Shown: positions 19,428 through 30,950 of the stretch, one piece after another | How positions within the stretch are numbered: position 1 is the stretch's first letter | Layout: every line of letters starts with the position of its first letter | Assembly (NCBI GenBank): GCA_963850905.1 | Contig: CAWKMU010000003.1 | Coordinates: 2,272,001-2,336,000 of the forward strand | DNA: 64,000 nucleotides | Origin: an uncultured Gemmatimonadales bacterium | GTDB taxonomy: Bacteria > Gemmatimonadota > Gemmatimonadetes > Gemmatimonadales > Gemmatimonadaceae | Direction: 5' to 3' | Program-made: the position numbers and the translations under genes | The notes under the pieces: model-generated | Database searches by the model: none | Told to the model about the DNA's origin: nothing | Seen by the model: only the letters and a program-made list of their open reading frames with translations

Positions 19428-20099
19428 GCGCTTCCGGCGTCGAACTATACACGTGAGTAGGGACGATCGGCCGGCCACCCAGCGCACGTCGCCGTTACGG
19501 AAGCCGGTTTCGTCGTTACACGGCGCCGCGGGATCGTGCACGATCGACCGGCGCCGACGGCGAGCGCGATCTCGGCGTGCCGGCGCCTGATTCGGGATCA
19601 CGCCGAGCTGCGGCGCAACCCACGGCGTGCCTGCGTCGGCGGCATGCCACCACGCAAGCTCGCCGCTGTTTCACCACGCGCGCCCGATCGCACGTCGTAA
19701 CACGTGTCGTCCGGGGGGGTGATACGGATTGCGGCGTCCGTGCCACAACGGGCGTCAGTAGCTCTCGCAATCCGCGTGAGCCTGGGCAGCCTGCAATGTA
19801 TGAATTGGCGACAGCGTCGGGGACCCCGGCCCGTAGACCCGCGGAATGGGCCTTCGCTCAAAAAGCGCTTTCGGCGGCTCGCGTTTCCTCGGGTCAACTC
19901 GCCGCCCTCCCGGACGGCCCCGTTGCTGCAAAAGGGAGGGCAAAACCGGCGCGAGCCGGGTGTGGCACAGGAGGGCTGGCGTGGACGGCTGGCTGTCCGT
20001 GCTGGCAATCCCGCTGTCCCTCGAGACCGCGAGCGATATGGCTCGCGTTGTTGTCGGAACCCTCACACCGCGAGCGTTGGCATGACACGGTGCACAACG

Positions 20100-20672
20100 A
20101 TGGCACGTCGGGCTGCGGTGACGCTGGTTGAGGTCATGATCGTGCTCACGATCATTGGGATCGGCTCCGCCGTCGCGCTATGGAAACTCGACATCGCGTC
20201 ATACCAAACCATGGGTGACATGCAGGCTATTGGGTCGGCGTTGATCGCGGCCCAGCGGCAAGCCATCGCGCATCAATGCAACGTGATCGTCACGTTCGAT
20301 ACGACCGCGCGGGTAGTCCACTTGATCGTGGACGCGAATAACAACGGGTTGCAGGACCCGGGCGAGCACGAGACGGCGTATGCGCTCGGCGATCGCGTGC
20401 GATTCAGCATGGGGGCGACGCCAGTCGGTGACGTCGGCGCCGGGCCGATCACCTTCAGCAACACGACGAACGGTCTGCCCTCGGTGACGTTCTTCCGCAA
20501 CGGGGCCGCGAGCCAGGCTGGCGGCGTCTACATCACGTCAATGCGTGAGGCGATCACCAACGATCCGCAGTATGCTGGCCAGACACACATGGTCGAGGTC
20601 GCGCGCGCCACCGGCCGCGCCGACTGGTGGCACTACGACCCCGGCACCGCCGTCTGGGTGAGGGGGTTCTGA
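20100..20672 (+). CDS. FimT/GspH-like minor pilin
   Basis: MARRAA|VTLVEVMIVLTIIGI pilin helix with Glu5; VTFFRNG motif. Alternative ATG at 20082. Confidence 0.8.
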   Translation: MARRAAVTLVEVMIVLTIIGIGSAVALWKLDIASYQTMGDMQAIGSALIAAQRQAIAHQCNVIVTFDTTARVVHLIVDANNNGLQDPGEHETAYALGDRVRFSMGATPVGDVGAGPITFSNTTNGLPSVTFFRNGAASQAGGVYITSMREAITNDPQYAGQTHMVEVARATGRADWWHYDPGTAVWVRGF

Positions 20673-21076
20673 TGACGACGACACAGAATCGCTCCGGCTT
20701 CTCGCTGGTCGAGGTGATGGTGGCGCTGGTCATTCTCACCATCGTCGTCGCCGGACTCGCGGGCACGACGGTCACCTTCCAGCACCAGATGTCGCTCGGT
20801 CAGATCGAAGCGCGGGCCCAGGCCGTTGCCAACTCGCAGCTCGCGCAGATTCGCGCGTATCCGGACTACACCCAGCTGGCGACGTTCGCGGGCACGCAGA
20901 CCAACTACCCGACGACCGGGTGGTCACTGCAGACGCAGGTGATTCGTGACACGTCTGCAGTCACCGACTGTGTCACCCCGCCATGCGCCAACAACAATGT
21001 CACCCGCATCATGGTGAGTGTGACGGCGCCTGGGCTGTCGTTGCCCGTCGCGCTGTCGTACTCCATCGCGCCGTAG
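20672..21076 (+). CDS. PilV-like minor pilin
   Basis: RSG|FSLVEVMVALVIL; TGATG coupling with the upstream gene. Confidence 0.8.
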   Translation: MTTTQNRSGFSLVEVMVALVILTIVVAGLAGTTVTFQHQMSLGQIEARAQAVANSQLAQIRAYPDYTQLATFAGTQTNYPTTGWSLQTQVIRDTSAVTDCVTPPCANNNVTRIMVSVTAPGLSLPVALSYSIAP

Positions 21077-21108
21077 TGGCTCGAGCCGTGAGCATCCTGG
21101 AGGCCGTG

Positions 21109-22275
21109 ATGTCGGACCACCCACTCGATCCGCAGGGTCGCTCGGTACCTTCCGTGCGTCGTCGCGGTATGACCCTGATGGAAGTCATGATCGCCATGGT
21201 CATGATGGGGCTCGTGCTTGGCGCGGCCATGAGCTTCTTCGTGAGTCAGTCGCGATCCTACAGCGCGGCAGCCAAGGCGTTCAACCAGGTGCAGAACGTG
21301 CGCTTCGGTGCTGATCTCCTCGACCAGCACCTCCGCGCGGCCGGGGCGAACACGACGCCGGGCCAGCCTCCATTGGTGTATCTGGGCCCGAGCGCATTCG
21401 CATTCAACGCCGACTACTCCTCCAACATCTCTGGGACGACGGCGATCTTTTACAACCCCGGCGCGCCTTCGCTCGAGACGGAAGGCGTGCTCTCGGCCAA
21501 CCAGTTCAACCTGCCGGGTGTGGCACCCGCGTACGCCTATCCGACGGTGGACTACGCGATCGCGCCCGGCGTGCCTAGCCCGGCCGAGCTCATCACCTTC
21601 TGGTTCCAAATCGACAGCACCTCGCCGGTGCCGGGGACGTACGCGCTGTATCGTGAGGTGAACAACGGCACGGTAGAGGCGGTGGTTCGAAACATCCTGC
21701 CCGACAGTGTCCCGTTCTTCCAGTACTACAAGCTTGTGACCAATGCCGTCACCGGCTTGCAGTCGCTGGCACTCGTGACGCCGGCCGAGCTCCCGGCTGC
21801 GTACACGACCACGCTCATGATCGACAGCATCCGCGCCGTCCAGGTGACATATCGCGTGTCCAACGGCGACACGGGCTCCGCTCAGCGGATTCAGTCGTTC
21901 AGTCTCACGTCTGCGCTTCCGAATCTCGCGAACCCCGCGCTGGCCACATGCGGTGACGCACCGCAACCGGTGCCCTCAGTCACCGCGGTGGCGTCGGGGA
22001 TTCCTCACACTGACAGTGTGACCGTGTCCTGGCAGCCCAGCCCCGACGAGTGGAGCGGTGAGCGCGACATCATGCGCTACATCGTCTGGCGTCGGTTGGC
22101 GACCGACTCGACGTGGAACAACCCTTTCACGTCCGTACCGAACGGACTGACGTCGTACACGTTCGTCGACCTGACCGCTCCGGATAGTGTCGGCGTCGAG
22201 TATGCCGTCTCAGCGCAGGACTGTACGCCGTCGTTCTCCAGCCCAGTCAGTAGCAGCATGGTGACGCCGCCGTGA
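21109..22275 (+). CDS. PilW-like minor pilin with C-terminal fibronectin type III-like domain
   Basis: RRRG|MTLMEVMIAMV; C-terminal VTVSWQPS...YIVWRR...YTFVD...YAVSAQD. Confidence 0.75.
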   Translation: MSDHPLDPQGRSVPSVRRRGMTLMEVMIAMVMMGLVLGAAMSFFVSQSRSYSAAAKAFNQVQNVRFGADLLDQHLRAAGANTTPGQPPLVYLGPSAFAFNADYSSNISGTTAIFYNPGAPSLETEGVLSANQFNLPGVAPAYAYPTVDYAIAPGVPSPAELITFWFQIDSTSPVPGTYALYREVNNGTVEAVVRNILPDSVPFFQYYKLVTNAVTGLQSLALVTPAELPAAYTTTLMIDSIRAVQVTYRVSNGDTGSAQRIQSFSLTSALPNLANPALATCGDAPQPVPSVTAVASGIPHTDSVTVSWQPSPDEWSGERDIMRYIVWRRLATDSTWNNPFTSVPNGLTSYTFVDLTAPDSVGVEYAVSAQDCTPSFSSPVSSSMVTPP

Positions 22276-22316
22276 CCGGCGTCGCTCGTCGTGTTTTCTC
22301 GAACCGGGATCTCGCC

Positions 22317-24497
22317 ATGATCCGACCCACATCACCGTTCCCGCGCGACAAGCGCGGCGCGACGCTCGTCGCGGTGCTCCTCATTGCGCTGGTGGTCGCC
22401 GCGATTGTGGTCCTGGCGGCAGCTACCACGGCCAACGCGGGGCTGATCGCGAAGAACAGCGCTCGCTCGGGCGTCCTCTATGACGCCGCGGAGTCCGGCG
22501 TCGCGGAAGCGCAGAACTGGATCAACACGCACCCGAACCAGCAACCGTTCCGGTCGGCGGATAGCGGCGAGATCGCGCTCGAGAACAACGTGCAGGTGAA
22601 CGACGCCCTCGGGAACCCAATCGCGGGGATGTACCGCACGACCTGGATCGGGAAGGGCGGAAGCCGCACGGGCGAGTTCGGCATCTTCGGCGCCATCATC
22701 AGTCAAGTCACCGATGCGGTCGGGAACACGGTCGTTCACCGTGCGGCGATCTATCAAGACACTTTCGCCAAGTACGCCTACTTCTCAAACAGTGAAGGCG
22801 GCATCTACTTCGGCGGTGGCGACCAGATCTTCGGGCCGGCGCACTCCAATGACTTCATTCGCATCGCGCCGTCAGGCGTGGAATTCCACAGCCAGCTGAC
22901 GACCTCGCAGACGATCACTACAGGTCTGGCCTATGGCATTTTTGACCAAGGCTACCAGCAGCACGTGCCGGTGATCCACCTCCCGAGCGTGTCGTCTCTC
23001 ACGTCGCTCAAGGGTTTGTCTGACGTCGGCAACGTCACGGTGCTCGGGAGTGGCACCGTCGGCAATGGGTACCAGGCCACCACCCGCATCGAGTTCGTCT
23101 CGCTCGATCTGAACAATGACGGGGATTCGACCGACCCTGATGAAGGATTCATGCGCGTCTTCCAGAGCACGGACCCGCGGTATGTCGTCGCCGGCACCTT
23201 CGGATCGAACGACTATGGCGACGTCATGAATCCCGGCAACACGAATTGCGGTTCGTACTACGCGGGGGACTCGTCCTTCAAGCTCGTGAGCACGCTCGTG
23301 GCCAACGGGGTGACGGGTGCGCAACTGGAAGACAGCCTGGGCAACGGGCGCGGGCAGTGCTATCTCGGTGGCGACGAGCACCTCAACAGCCCCATACACG
23401 TAGGCCCCACGTTCCAGGCGACTGGCTGGCCGGGCGGCGGTCAGTGGCTACCAAATCCAATGGCGTACGATCCACGCCTCGGACAAGCTGGCGCCAAACG
23501 ACAGGATTCGCTCTACCTCTGGCCGATCACTCACGCCGAGAATCTCAATTTCAAGGGCGTTGTCTTCGTCGACGGCAAGGTGGCCGTCAGCGGGAAGTTG
23601 CGCGGCCGACTGACGCTCGCGTCGCCGTACAACATCATTTTCGTCGGCAATACGAAGCTGCAAACCGACCCCGCAGTCGGCACGTGCCCGGACTACCTCG
23701 GTGCGTTTGCCGCTGACGACGTCGTCGTGGCGGACAACATGTTGCTATCGCCTCAGGCGGCATCCTCGACGCCAGGCGACTCGGTCTGGCGGTTCCAGCC
23801 CCCCGCGCCGACGCAGTCGACCTATTTGCAGGTCTCGCTGCTCGCGTTGAACAAGTTCCAGGTCCAGAACTACACGGGCGGTGTGATCGGCGCTCTGCCC
23901 TGTCAGACCGTGCCCGCTGGACGTGGTTGTCTGTATCTCACCGGCGGGATCATTCAAGGCACCCGCGGCGCTGTCGGGACCATGTGGCCAGGCGGCGACA
24001 GCGGGATGACCGGCTACATCAAGCGATATCAGTACAACATGTGCGGGCTGACGCTGCCGCCGCCGTATTTCCCGACAACGGGTCGCTTCTCGGAGGACCG
24101 ATCGTTCGAGATGGACCCCGTCAACTTCAACGAGCACGCGTGGTTCGTGATCCCGTCGTTGGCCGCGCAGGATTCGTTGTTGATGCTGCCCGTGCCGCCC
24201 CCGCCCCCGCCGCCGGTGACGCCGCCGACGAGTCCTCCGCCCCCGGTGACGCCGCCCCCGGTGACGCCCCCGGTGACGCCGCCGCCGCCCCCGCCACCGG
24301 TGACGCCGCCGCCGCCGCCGCCCCCACCGGTGACGCCGCCTACGGGACCGCCGACGACGCCTCCGCCGCCGCCGCCCCCGCCCCCGCCGCCGCCGCCACC
24401 GCCGCCGCCGGCACCGCCGCCACCGCCACCGCCGCCGGTGACGCCGCCGCCGCCGCCGCCGCCCCCGGCGCCCCCGCCGGTGCCGATCGTAGACTAG
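22317..24497 (+). CDS. PilX-like large minor pilin with about 100-aa poly-proline tail
   Basis: DKRG|ATLVAVLLIALVV without Glu5, as typical for PilX/GspK; last gene of the pilin operon; paralog of 1..2006. Confidence 0.75.
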   Translation: MIRPTSPFPRDKRGATLVAVLLIALVVAAIVVLAAATTANAGLIAKNSARSGVLYDAAESGVAEAQNWINTHPNQQPFRSADSGEIALENNVQVNDALGNPIAGMYRTTWIGKGGSRTGEFGIFGAIISQVTDAVGNTVVHRAAIYQDTFAKYAYFSNSEGGIYFGGGDQIFGPAHSNDFIRIAPSGVEFHSQLTTSQTITTGLAYGIFDQGYQQHVPVIHLPSVSSLTSLKGLSDVGNVTVLGSGTVGNGYQATTRIEFVSLDLNNDGDSTDPDEGFMRVFQSTDPRYVVAGTFGSNDYGDVMNPGNTNCGSYYAGDSSFKLVSTLVANGVTGAQLEDSLGNGRGQCYLGGDEHLNSPIHVGPTFQATGWPGGGQWLPNPMAYDPRLGQAGAKRQDSLYLWPITHAENLNFKGVVFVDGKVAVSGKLRGRLTLASPYNIIFVGNTKLQTDPAVGTCPDYLGAFAADDVVVADNMLLSPQAASSTPGDSVWRFQPPAPTQSTYLQVSLLALNKFQVQNYTGGVIGALPCQTVPAGRGCLYLTGGIIQGTRGAVGTMWPGGDSGMTGYIKRYQYNMCGLTLPPPYFPTTGRFSEDRSFEMDPVNFNEHAWFVIPSLAAQDSLLMLPVPPPPPPPVTPPTSPPPPVTPPPVTPPVTPPPPPPPVTPPPPPPPPVTPPTGPPTTPPPPPPPPPPPPPPPPPAPPPPPPPPVTPPPPPPPPAPPPVPIVD
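24188..24486 (+). repeat. Low-complexity coding repeat (CCG)n / PPPPVTPP
   Basis: Repeated CCGCCG and CCGGTGACG units. Confidence 0.9.
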
Positions 24498-24531
24498 GCC
24501 GAGGGGGAGTAGCAGGGCAGGACCTGAAGAC

Positions 24532-24567
24532 GAAGGGCCTGTGGCAGAACACCGCCACAGGCCCTTC
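24532..24567 (+). terminator. Hairpin after the pilin operon
   Basis: Perfect 14-bp stem GAAGGGCCTGTGGC / GCCACAGGCCCTTC with an 8-nt loop. Confidence 0.65.
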
Positions 24568-24592
24568 TCCTGTGAGGACCTAACGGCAGGAG

Positions 24593-24815
24593 GATCGGCG
24601 GGTAGGGGTCCGGGCGGACGTGCACCAACCAACGCTGACCGCACGGAACCGGTTGATCGGCGGGTAGGGGCGACGCATGCGTCGCCCGCCGTCGGTGGCG
24701 TTGCCACGATACCGACGGTTGCATTGGGCGCGGCCGCGCCAACGTTGCGTCGCCCCTACCCGCCGGGTTGCCCGTGTTGTGGTTGTTCCCTCACCCCTGA
24801 CCCCTGACCCCTGCT
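24593..24815. repeat. GTAG-type REP composite element
   Basis: GTAGGGGCGACGCATGCGTCGCCC at 24664-24687; 20-bp inverted repeat 24658-24677 / 24746-24765; 16-bp direct repeat at 24593 and 24655; CCCTGAC heptamers at 24788-24815. Confidence 0.75.
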
Positions 24816-24826
24816 GTTTTCGCCCC

Positions 24827-25426
24827 CTACAGCGAAAACGGCAGCTCGACCCTCTCGCCGCCACTGCGACGGCCGGGACGCTTTAGCCAGTGCCACTGGC
24901 GGGCGGCATGATCGACGGCCGCGGCACGCGCGGCGTCGGCCTGGGGGTCCAACGTGCTTGATTCACAATAGCGGCACACATCCCTGGGAGCGGCGAATTC
25001 CTCGACGCTCGTGGCGAGTTGGGCCACGCCGTCAGCCGTGTGCGTCTCGATGCGCTCGAAGACCACGTAGTCGCCGCTCTCGGAGAACATGATCTCGACT
25101 TCGACCGCCCGAGACCCTTGACCTCGCTCATCGACCGATTCGGCTCGGCTCGAGCCGATCGTCCACCCCATGAACGACAGCGCTGGCCCACTGTCGCTCA
25201 GCAGGACCAAGTGTGACGGGCCGCCGAACAGCCGATCCGCTCTCACGAGGGGATCGGCGTCGGCCGCAACGGCAGCAGCCTGCCGCGCTGACGGCGCGGC
25301 CGGCGACCCTGGCTTGGATTGCGCGAGCTTCAGAGAGCGCATAGGGGCGACGCGGAGACCGGAAGACTCGGGCGGGCCGCCAGGCTCACGAAGTGTGAGA
25401 AAAGGACCTCGCCGTGCATCGGTCAC
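24827..25426 (-). CDS. Hypothetical protein
   Basis: 199-aa ORF filling the gap, with a globular-looking central region (LSFMGWTIG...VEIMFSESGDYVVFER). Confidence 0.5.
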   Translation of the reverse strand: MTDARRGPFLTLREPGGPPESSGLRVAPMRSLKLAQSKPGSPAAPSARQAAAVAADADPLVRADRLFGGPSHLVLLSDSGPALSFMGWTIGSSRAESVDERGQGSRAVEVEIMFSESGDYVVFERIETHTADGVAQLATSVEEFAAPRDVCRYCESSTLDPQADAARAAAVDHAARQWHWLKRPGRRSGGERVELPFSL

Positions 25427-25727
25427 AATGGCAAACGACGGGCCGCTGCCGAGTCTGCTGTCCTCGGTGTGCTCGTTTTGCTAAGTCGCAGCGGGATTTA
25501 GAGTTATAATGGTCGAGCCAGCGCGATTTTCCAGGACCGCGCGGGCGTGTGGCGACGCAACGCCGCATTGTGAGAAAAGTCTCGCCAATCGCCGACCGAC
25601 CCCGGGGTCGCCAAGCTTGCCTGGCAGAAACGAGACGGCGGCGCTAGACCAACCGCTCCCGGCGGCGTCTTCTCTCTACGTTGTGCTGTCCTACTTACCA
25701 GCGCCCGCGGGCGCCCGGGGGTCCACT

Positions 25728-26334
25728 GTGAACCAAACGTGGCACACGATTCTGCAGGACATGCTGGTGCCTGGCGTGCCGCTTCTCGAAAAAGTGCTCC
25801 GGACCTTGGCGGTGTACGCCTTCCTGTTGGTTGGTCTCCGGCTCGCCGGCAAACGGGAACTTGGCCAGCTCAATCCGTTCGACCTCGTCGTGTTGCTGGT
25901 CCTCTCGAACACGGTGCAGAACGCGATCATCGGCAACGACAACTCGCTGGTCGGGGGATTGCTTGGCGCAGCCATTCTCCTGGTCGTCAACTACGGCGTG
26001 GTCAAGTTTCTCTACGGCCACCCGGCGCTCGACCGACTGATGGAGGGCAATCCCAATGTCCTCGTGCAGGATGGCCGGATCAATCGGCATCGGTTGGAAC
26101 GCGGAGATGATTACCCAGGCGCAGCTCGAATCGGCGGCGCGGCGACAAGGCATCGAGCATTTGCACGACGTGAAGGTCTGTCGACTCGAGACCGGGGGCG
26201 CGCTGACGTTCGTCGCGCGCGAGCAGACCATCGACGACCACCGGCACCGAGCGATCCTCGATCGACTCGCCGCGATCGAGACACGCCTCGGCGTGGCGTC
26301 CCCAGGCGCTCAATCGACCGACGGCGCGCGGTAG
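25728..26334 (+). CDS. DUF421 / YetF-family membrane protein, one +1 frameshift near 26100
   Basis: LRLAGKRELGQLNPFDLV; continues in the next frame as ITQAQLESAARRQG...LETGGALTF. Confidence 0.8.
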
Positions 26335-26430
26335 ACGACACTGCGGCCACGGACGGTCGCGACTCCATCGTCATCGTGCCACTATGGCTTCCTGGGAACC
26401 TCCGGGAGGGCGACGCGTGCGTCGCCCCTA

Positions 26431-27690
26431 CTAGTCCCCCGACGGTTGCTCCCCGGGCACTAGCTCCGCGACGACGGCGCTATCGAGTGGACCCAACCGG
26501 CGCAGCGTTGGCCAGCGCCACGCAACGGCCGCCACCACCAGCAGCGTGCCAATTGCTCCCGACACGACCGACGCCACCGGGCCGAACGCGCCGGCAACTG
26601 CTCCCGACTCGAAACCACCGAGCTGATTCGATGTACCGATGAACAGATTGGCAATGGCGCCGACTCGGCCACGCATCTCGTCCGGCGTCAGGAGCGGTAC
26701 CAGCGTGGCACGGACCACGACGCTCACCATGTCGAAGGCGCCCAGCGCCATCAGCATGGCGAGCGACAGCGGGAACGATCGTGAAAGGCCGAAGACGAGG
26801 GTTGCGACGCCGAACCCTGCCACCGCCCAGAGCACCGTTCGACCCGCCCGCTGCATGGGCGGCCGCGACGCCAGCAAGGCCGCCATGATGACCGCGCCCA
26901 GCGAGTCGGCTGCGTTGAGCCAGCCGAGGCCAGTCGGTCCTACACCGAGGATGTCTTTGGCGTAGATCGGTAGCAGCGTCGTTGCGCCGCCCAGTAGGAC
27001 GGCGAACAGATCGAGGGTGATCGTGGCGAGAATCATTGGCGTGTTCGCCACGAACCGCACGCCAGCGGCGAGCGCCTTGAGCGTCAACTCCGAGTGCAAG
27101 CGCGCGACCGGCCGGGGTCGAATGGCCGCCGCGAGAAACAAAAAGACGGCTGATCCCGCCGCTGCGCAGCCGTATACCACCACTGCTCCACCGAGAGCAG
27201 CGATCATTGCCCCGCCGATAGCCGGGCCGACGACGGCGGCCAGCTGCCACCCGCCGCTGTTCCACGTGATCGCGTTCGCGAGGATGTCGGCTGGCACGAG
27301 CGATGGGAGCAGCGCATTCCGAGCGGGAGCCTGAAAGGCGCGCGCGATGCCGTTCACGAGGATGCAGCTGTACAAGGCGATGATCGGCGCGTGCCACCAC
27401 GACACGAGCGCGAGACCGAGTGAGCTGGCGATATATGTCGCTTGGGCGGCCATGAGCACGTGCCGGCGATCGCGCGTGTCGACGACGTGGCCAGCGGGCA
27501 GCGCGAGCGCGACGAGGGGCACGACGCCGACGAGCCCGAGCATCCCGAGGGCGTAGGCCGAGTGAGTCCGCTCGTAGAGCTCCCACCCGATCGCTGTGGT
27601 CTGCATCTGCAGACCGACCGTCGAGACGACGTTCCCGACGAGCAGTAATCGGTAGTCGCGCCACCGCAGGGCGGCTGACGGTACATGCAC
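26431..27690 (-). CDS. MFS transporter (EntS/MFS_3-like)
   Basis: 12 hydrophobic segments; LDLFAVLLGGATTLLP, MRGRV, SNQLGGFESG. Confidence 0.9.
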   Translation of the reverse strand: MHVPSAALRWRDYRLLLVGNVVSTVGLQMQTTAIGWELYERTHSAYALGMLGLVGVVPLVALALPAGHVVDTRDRRHVLMAAQATYIASSLGLALVSWWHAPIIALYSCILVNGIARAFQAPARNALLPSLVPADILANAITWNSGGWQLAAVVGPAIGGAMIAALGGAVVVYGCAAAGSAVFLFLAAAIRPRPVARLHSELTLKALAAGVRFVANTPMILATITLDLFAVLLGGATTLLPIYAKDILGVGPTGLGWLNAADSLGAVIMAALLASRPPMQRAGRTVLWAVAGFGVATLVFGLSRSFPLSLAMLMALGAFDMVSVVVRATLVPLLTPDEMRGRVGAIANLFIGTSNQLGGFESGAVAGAFGPVASVVSGAIGTLLVVAAVAWRWPTLRRLGPLDSAVVAELVPGEQPSGD

Positions 27691-27712
27691 CCGGGCAATC
27701 TAGCCGGTACCT

Positions 27713-27761
27713 TGGACGCTGGACGCTGGACGCTGGACGTTGGACGTTAGACGTGAGACGT
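27713..27761. repeat. Heptamer tandem repeat, 7 copies
   Basis: TGGACGC x3, TGGACGT x2, TAGACGT, GAGACGT. Confidence 0.9.
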
Positions 27762-27762
27762 G

Positions 27763-29799
<2,037 letters not shown>

Positions 29800-29825
29800 A
29801 CAGGAACGCTCAGATCGGGGGACGA

Positions 29826-30950
29826 ATGGCCACGCAGACTGCTCCAGTCGCTCGCGAAGCGACCGACACGTTTCCAATCAACGGCACGGACTACGTAGAG
29901 TTCTACGTAGGCAATGCCAAGCAAGCCAGTGTGTACTACCGCACGGCGTTCGGCTTCCGCCTCGTGGCCTACCGCGGCCCCGAAACGGGTGTCCGAGACC
30001 GGGCGAGCTACATCATGGAGCAGGACAAGGTCCGCCTTGTCCTGACGACCCCGCTGCGGCCGACCGGTACGGTCGCTGCGCACATCGCCAAGCATGGCGA
30101 CGGCGTGCGGGACATCGCGCTGTGGGTTGACGATGCGCGCCGGGCCTTCGAGTTGGCCGTCGAGCGAGGGGCGACCGCGGTGCAAGAGCCGACCGTGCTC
30201 CGCGATGACGACGGGGAAGTGGTGACCGCCGCGATTCAGACGTACGGCGACACGATCCACTCGCTTGTCGAGCGACGGAACTATCGGGGCGCCTTCATGC
30301 CGGGGTGTCAACGGGTGGAGTCGCGATACAATCCGCCCTCGGTCGGTCTCAAGTACGTCGACCATTGCGTTGGCAACGTCGAGTTGGGCGCGATGAATCG
30401 ATGGGTCGAGTTCTACGAGCGAGTGCTGGGGTTCTACAACCTGATCTCGTTCGACGACAAGGCCATCTCCACCGAGTATTCGGCGCTGATGTCCAAAGTG
30501 GTCGCCAACGGGAACGGGCGGATCAAGTTCCCACTCAACGAGCCCGCGCAGGGGAAACGCAAGTCGCAGATCGATGAGTACCTGGAGTTCTACGACGGAC
30601 CGGGCGTCCAGCACATCGCCATTGCGACCGACGACATCGTGACGACGGTGCGCGCGCTCCGTGATCGCGGTGTCGAGTTTCTCCGTGTGCCAATGACCTA
30701 TTACGACACGGTGCTCGACCGCGTCGGTCGCATCGACGAAGACATCGCGCCGCTTCGTGAACTCGGTATCCTGGTCGATCGCGACGATGAGGGGTATCTG
30801 CTGCAGATCTTCTCGAAACCCGTGGAGGATCGCCCGACCCTCTTCTATGAGATCATTCAGCGAAAAGGTGCCAAGAGCTTCGGCGCTGGCAACTTCAAGG
30901 CGCTGTTCGAGGCGATCGAGCGCGAGCAGGCCCTGAGGGGCAACCTCTGA
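29826..30950 (+). CDS. hppD: 4-hydroxyphenylpyruvate dioxygenase
   Basis: DHCVGNV, GPGVQHIA, YLLQIF, FYEIIQRKG, FGAGNFKALFEAIE. Confidence 0.97.
   Translation: MATQTAPVAREATDTFPINGTDYVEFYVGNAKQASVYYRTAFGFRLVAYRGPETGVRDRASYIMEQDKVRLVLTTPLRPTGTVAAHIAKHGDGVRDIALWVDDARRAFELAVERGATAVQEPTVLRDDDGEVVTAAIQTYGDTIHSLVERRNYRGAFMPGCQRVESRYNPPSVGLKYVDHCVGNVELGAMNRWVEFYERVLGFYNLISFDDKAISTEYSALMSKVVANGNGRIKFPLNEPAQGKRKSQIDEYLEFYDGPGVQHIAIATDDIVTTVRALRDRGVEFLRVPMTYYDTVLDRVGRIDEDIAPLRELGILVDRDDEGYLLQIFSKPVEDRPTLFYEIIQRKGAKSFGAGNFKALFEAIEREQALRGNL

Noticed and set aside
19728..19745. Sigma54-like site on the minus strand (TGGCACG-GACG-CCGCA)
   Set aside because: GG-N10-GC spacing fits, but the TT before GC is missing; such matches arise by chance in high-GC DNA.
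19938..20010. Possible c-di-GMP-I (GEMM) riboswitch upstream of the pilin operon: GGCAAAA-CCGGC-GCGA-GCCGG
   Set aside because: The first hairpin with a GNRA loop fits, but the conserved GACGCAAAG junction and second stem are absent. An Infernal search would settle it.
25505..25510. Perfect TATAAT box
   Set aside because: No -35 element at acceptable spacing (TTGCTA is 21 bp away), so a promoter cannot be supported.
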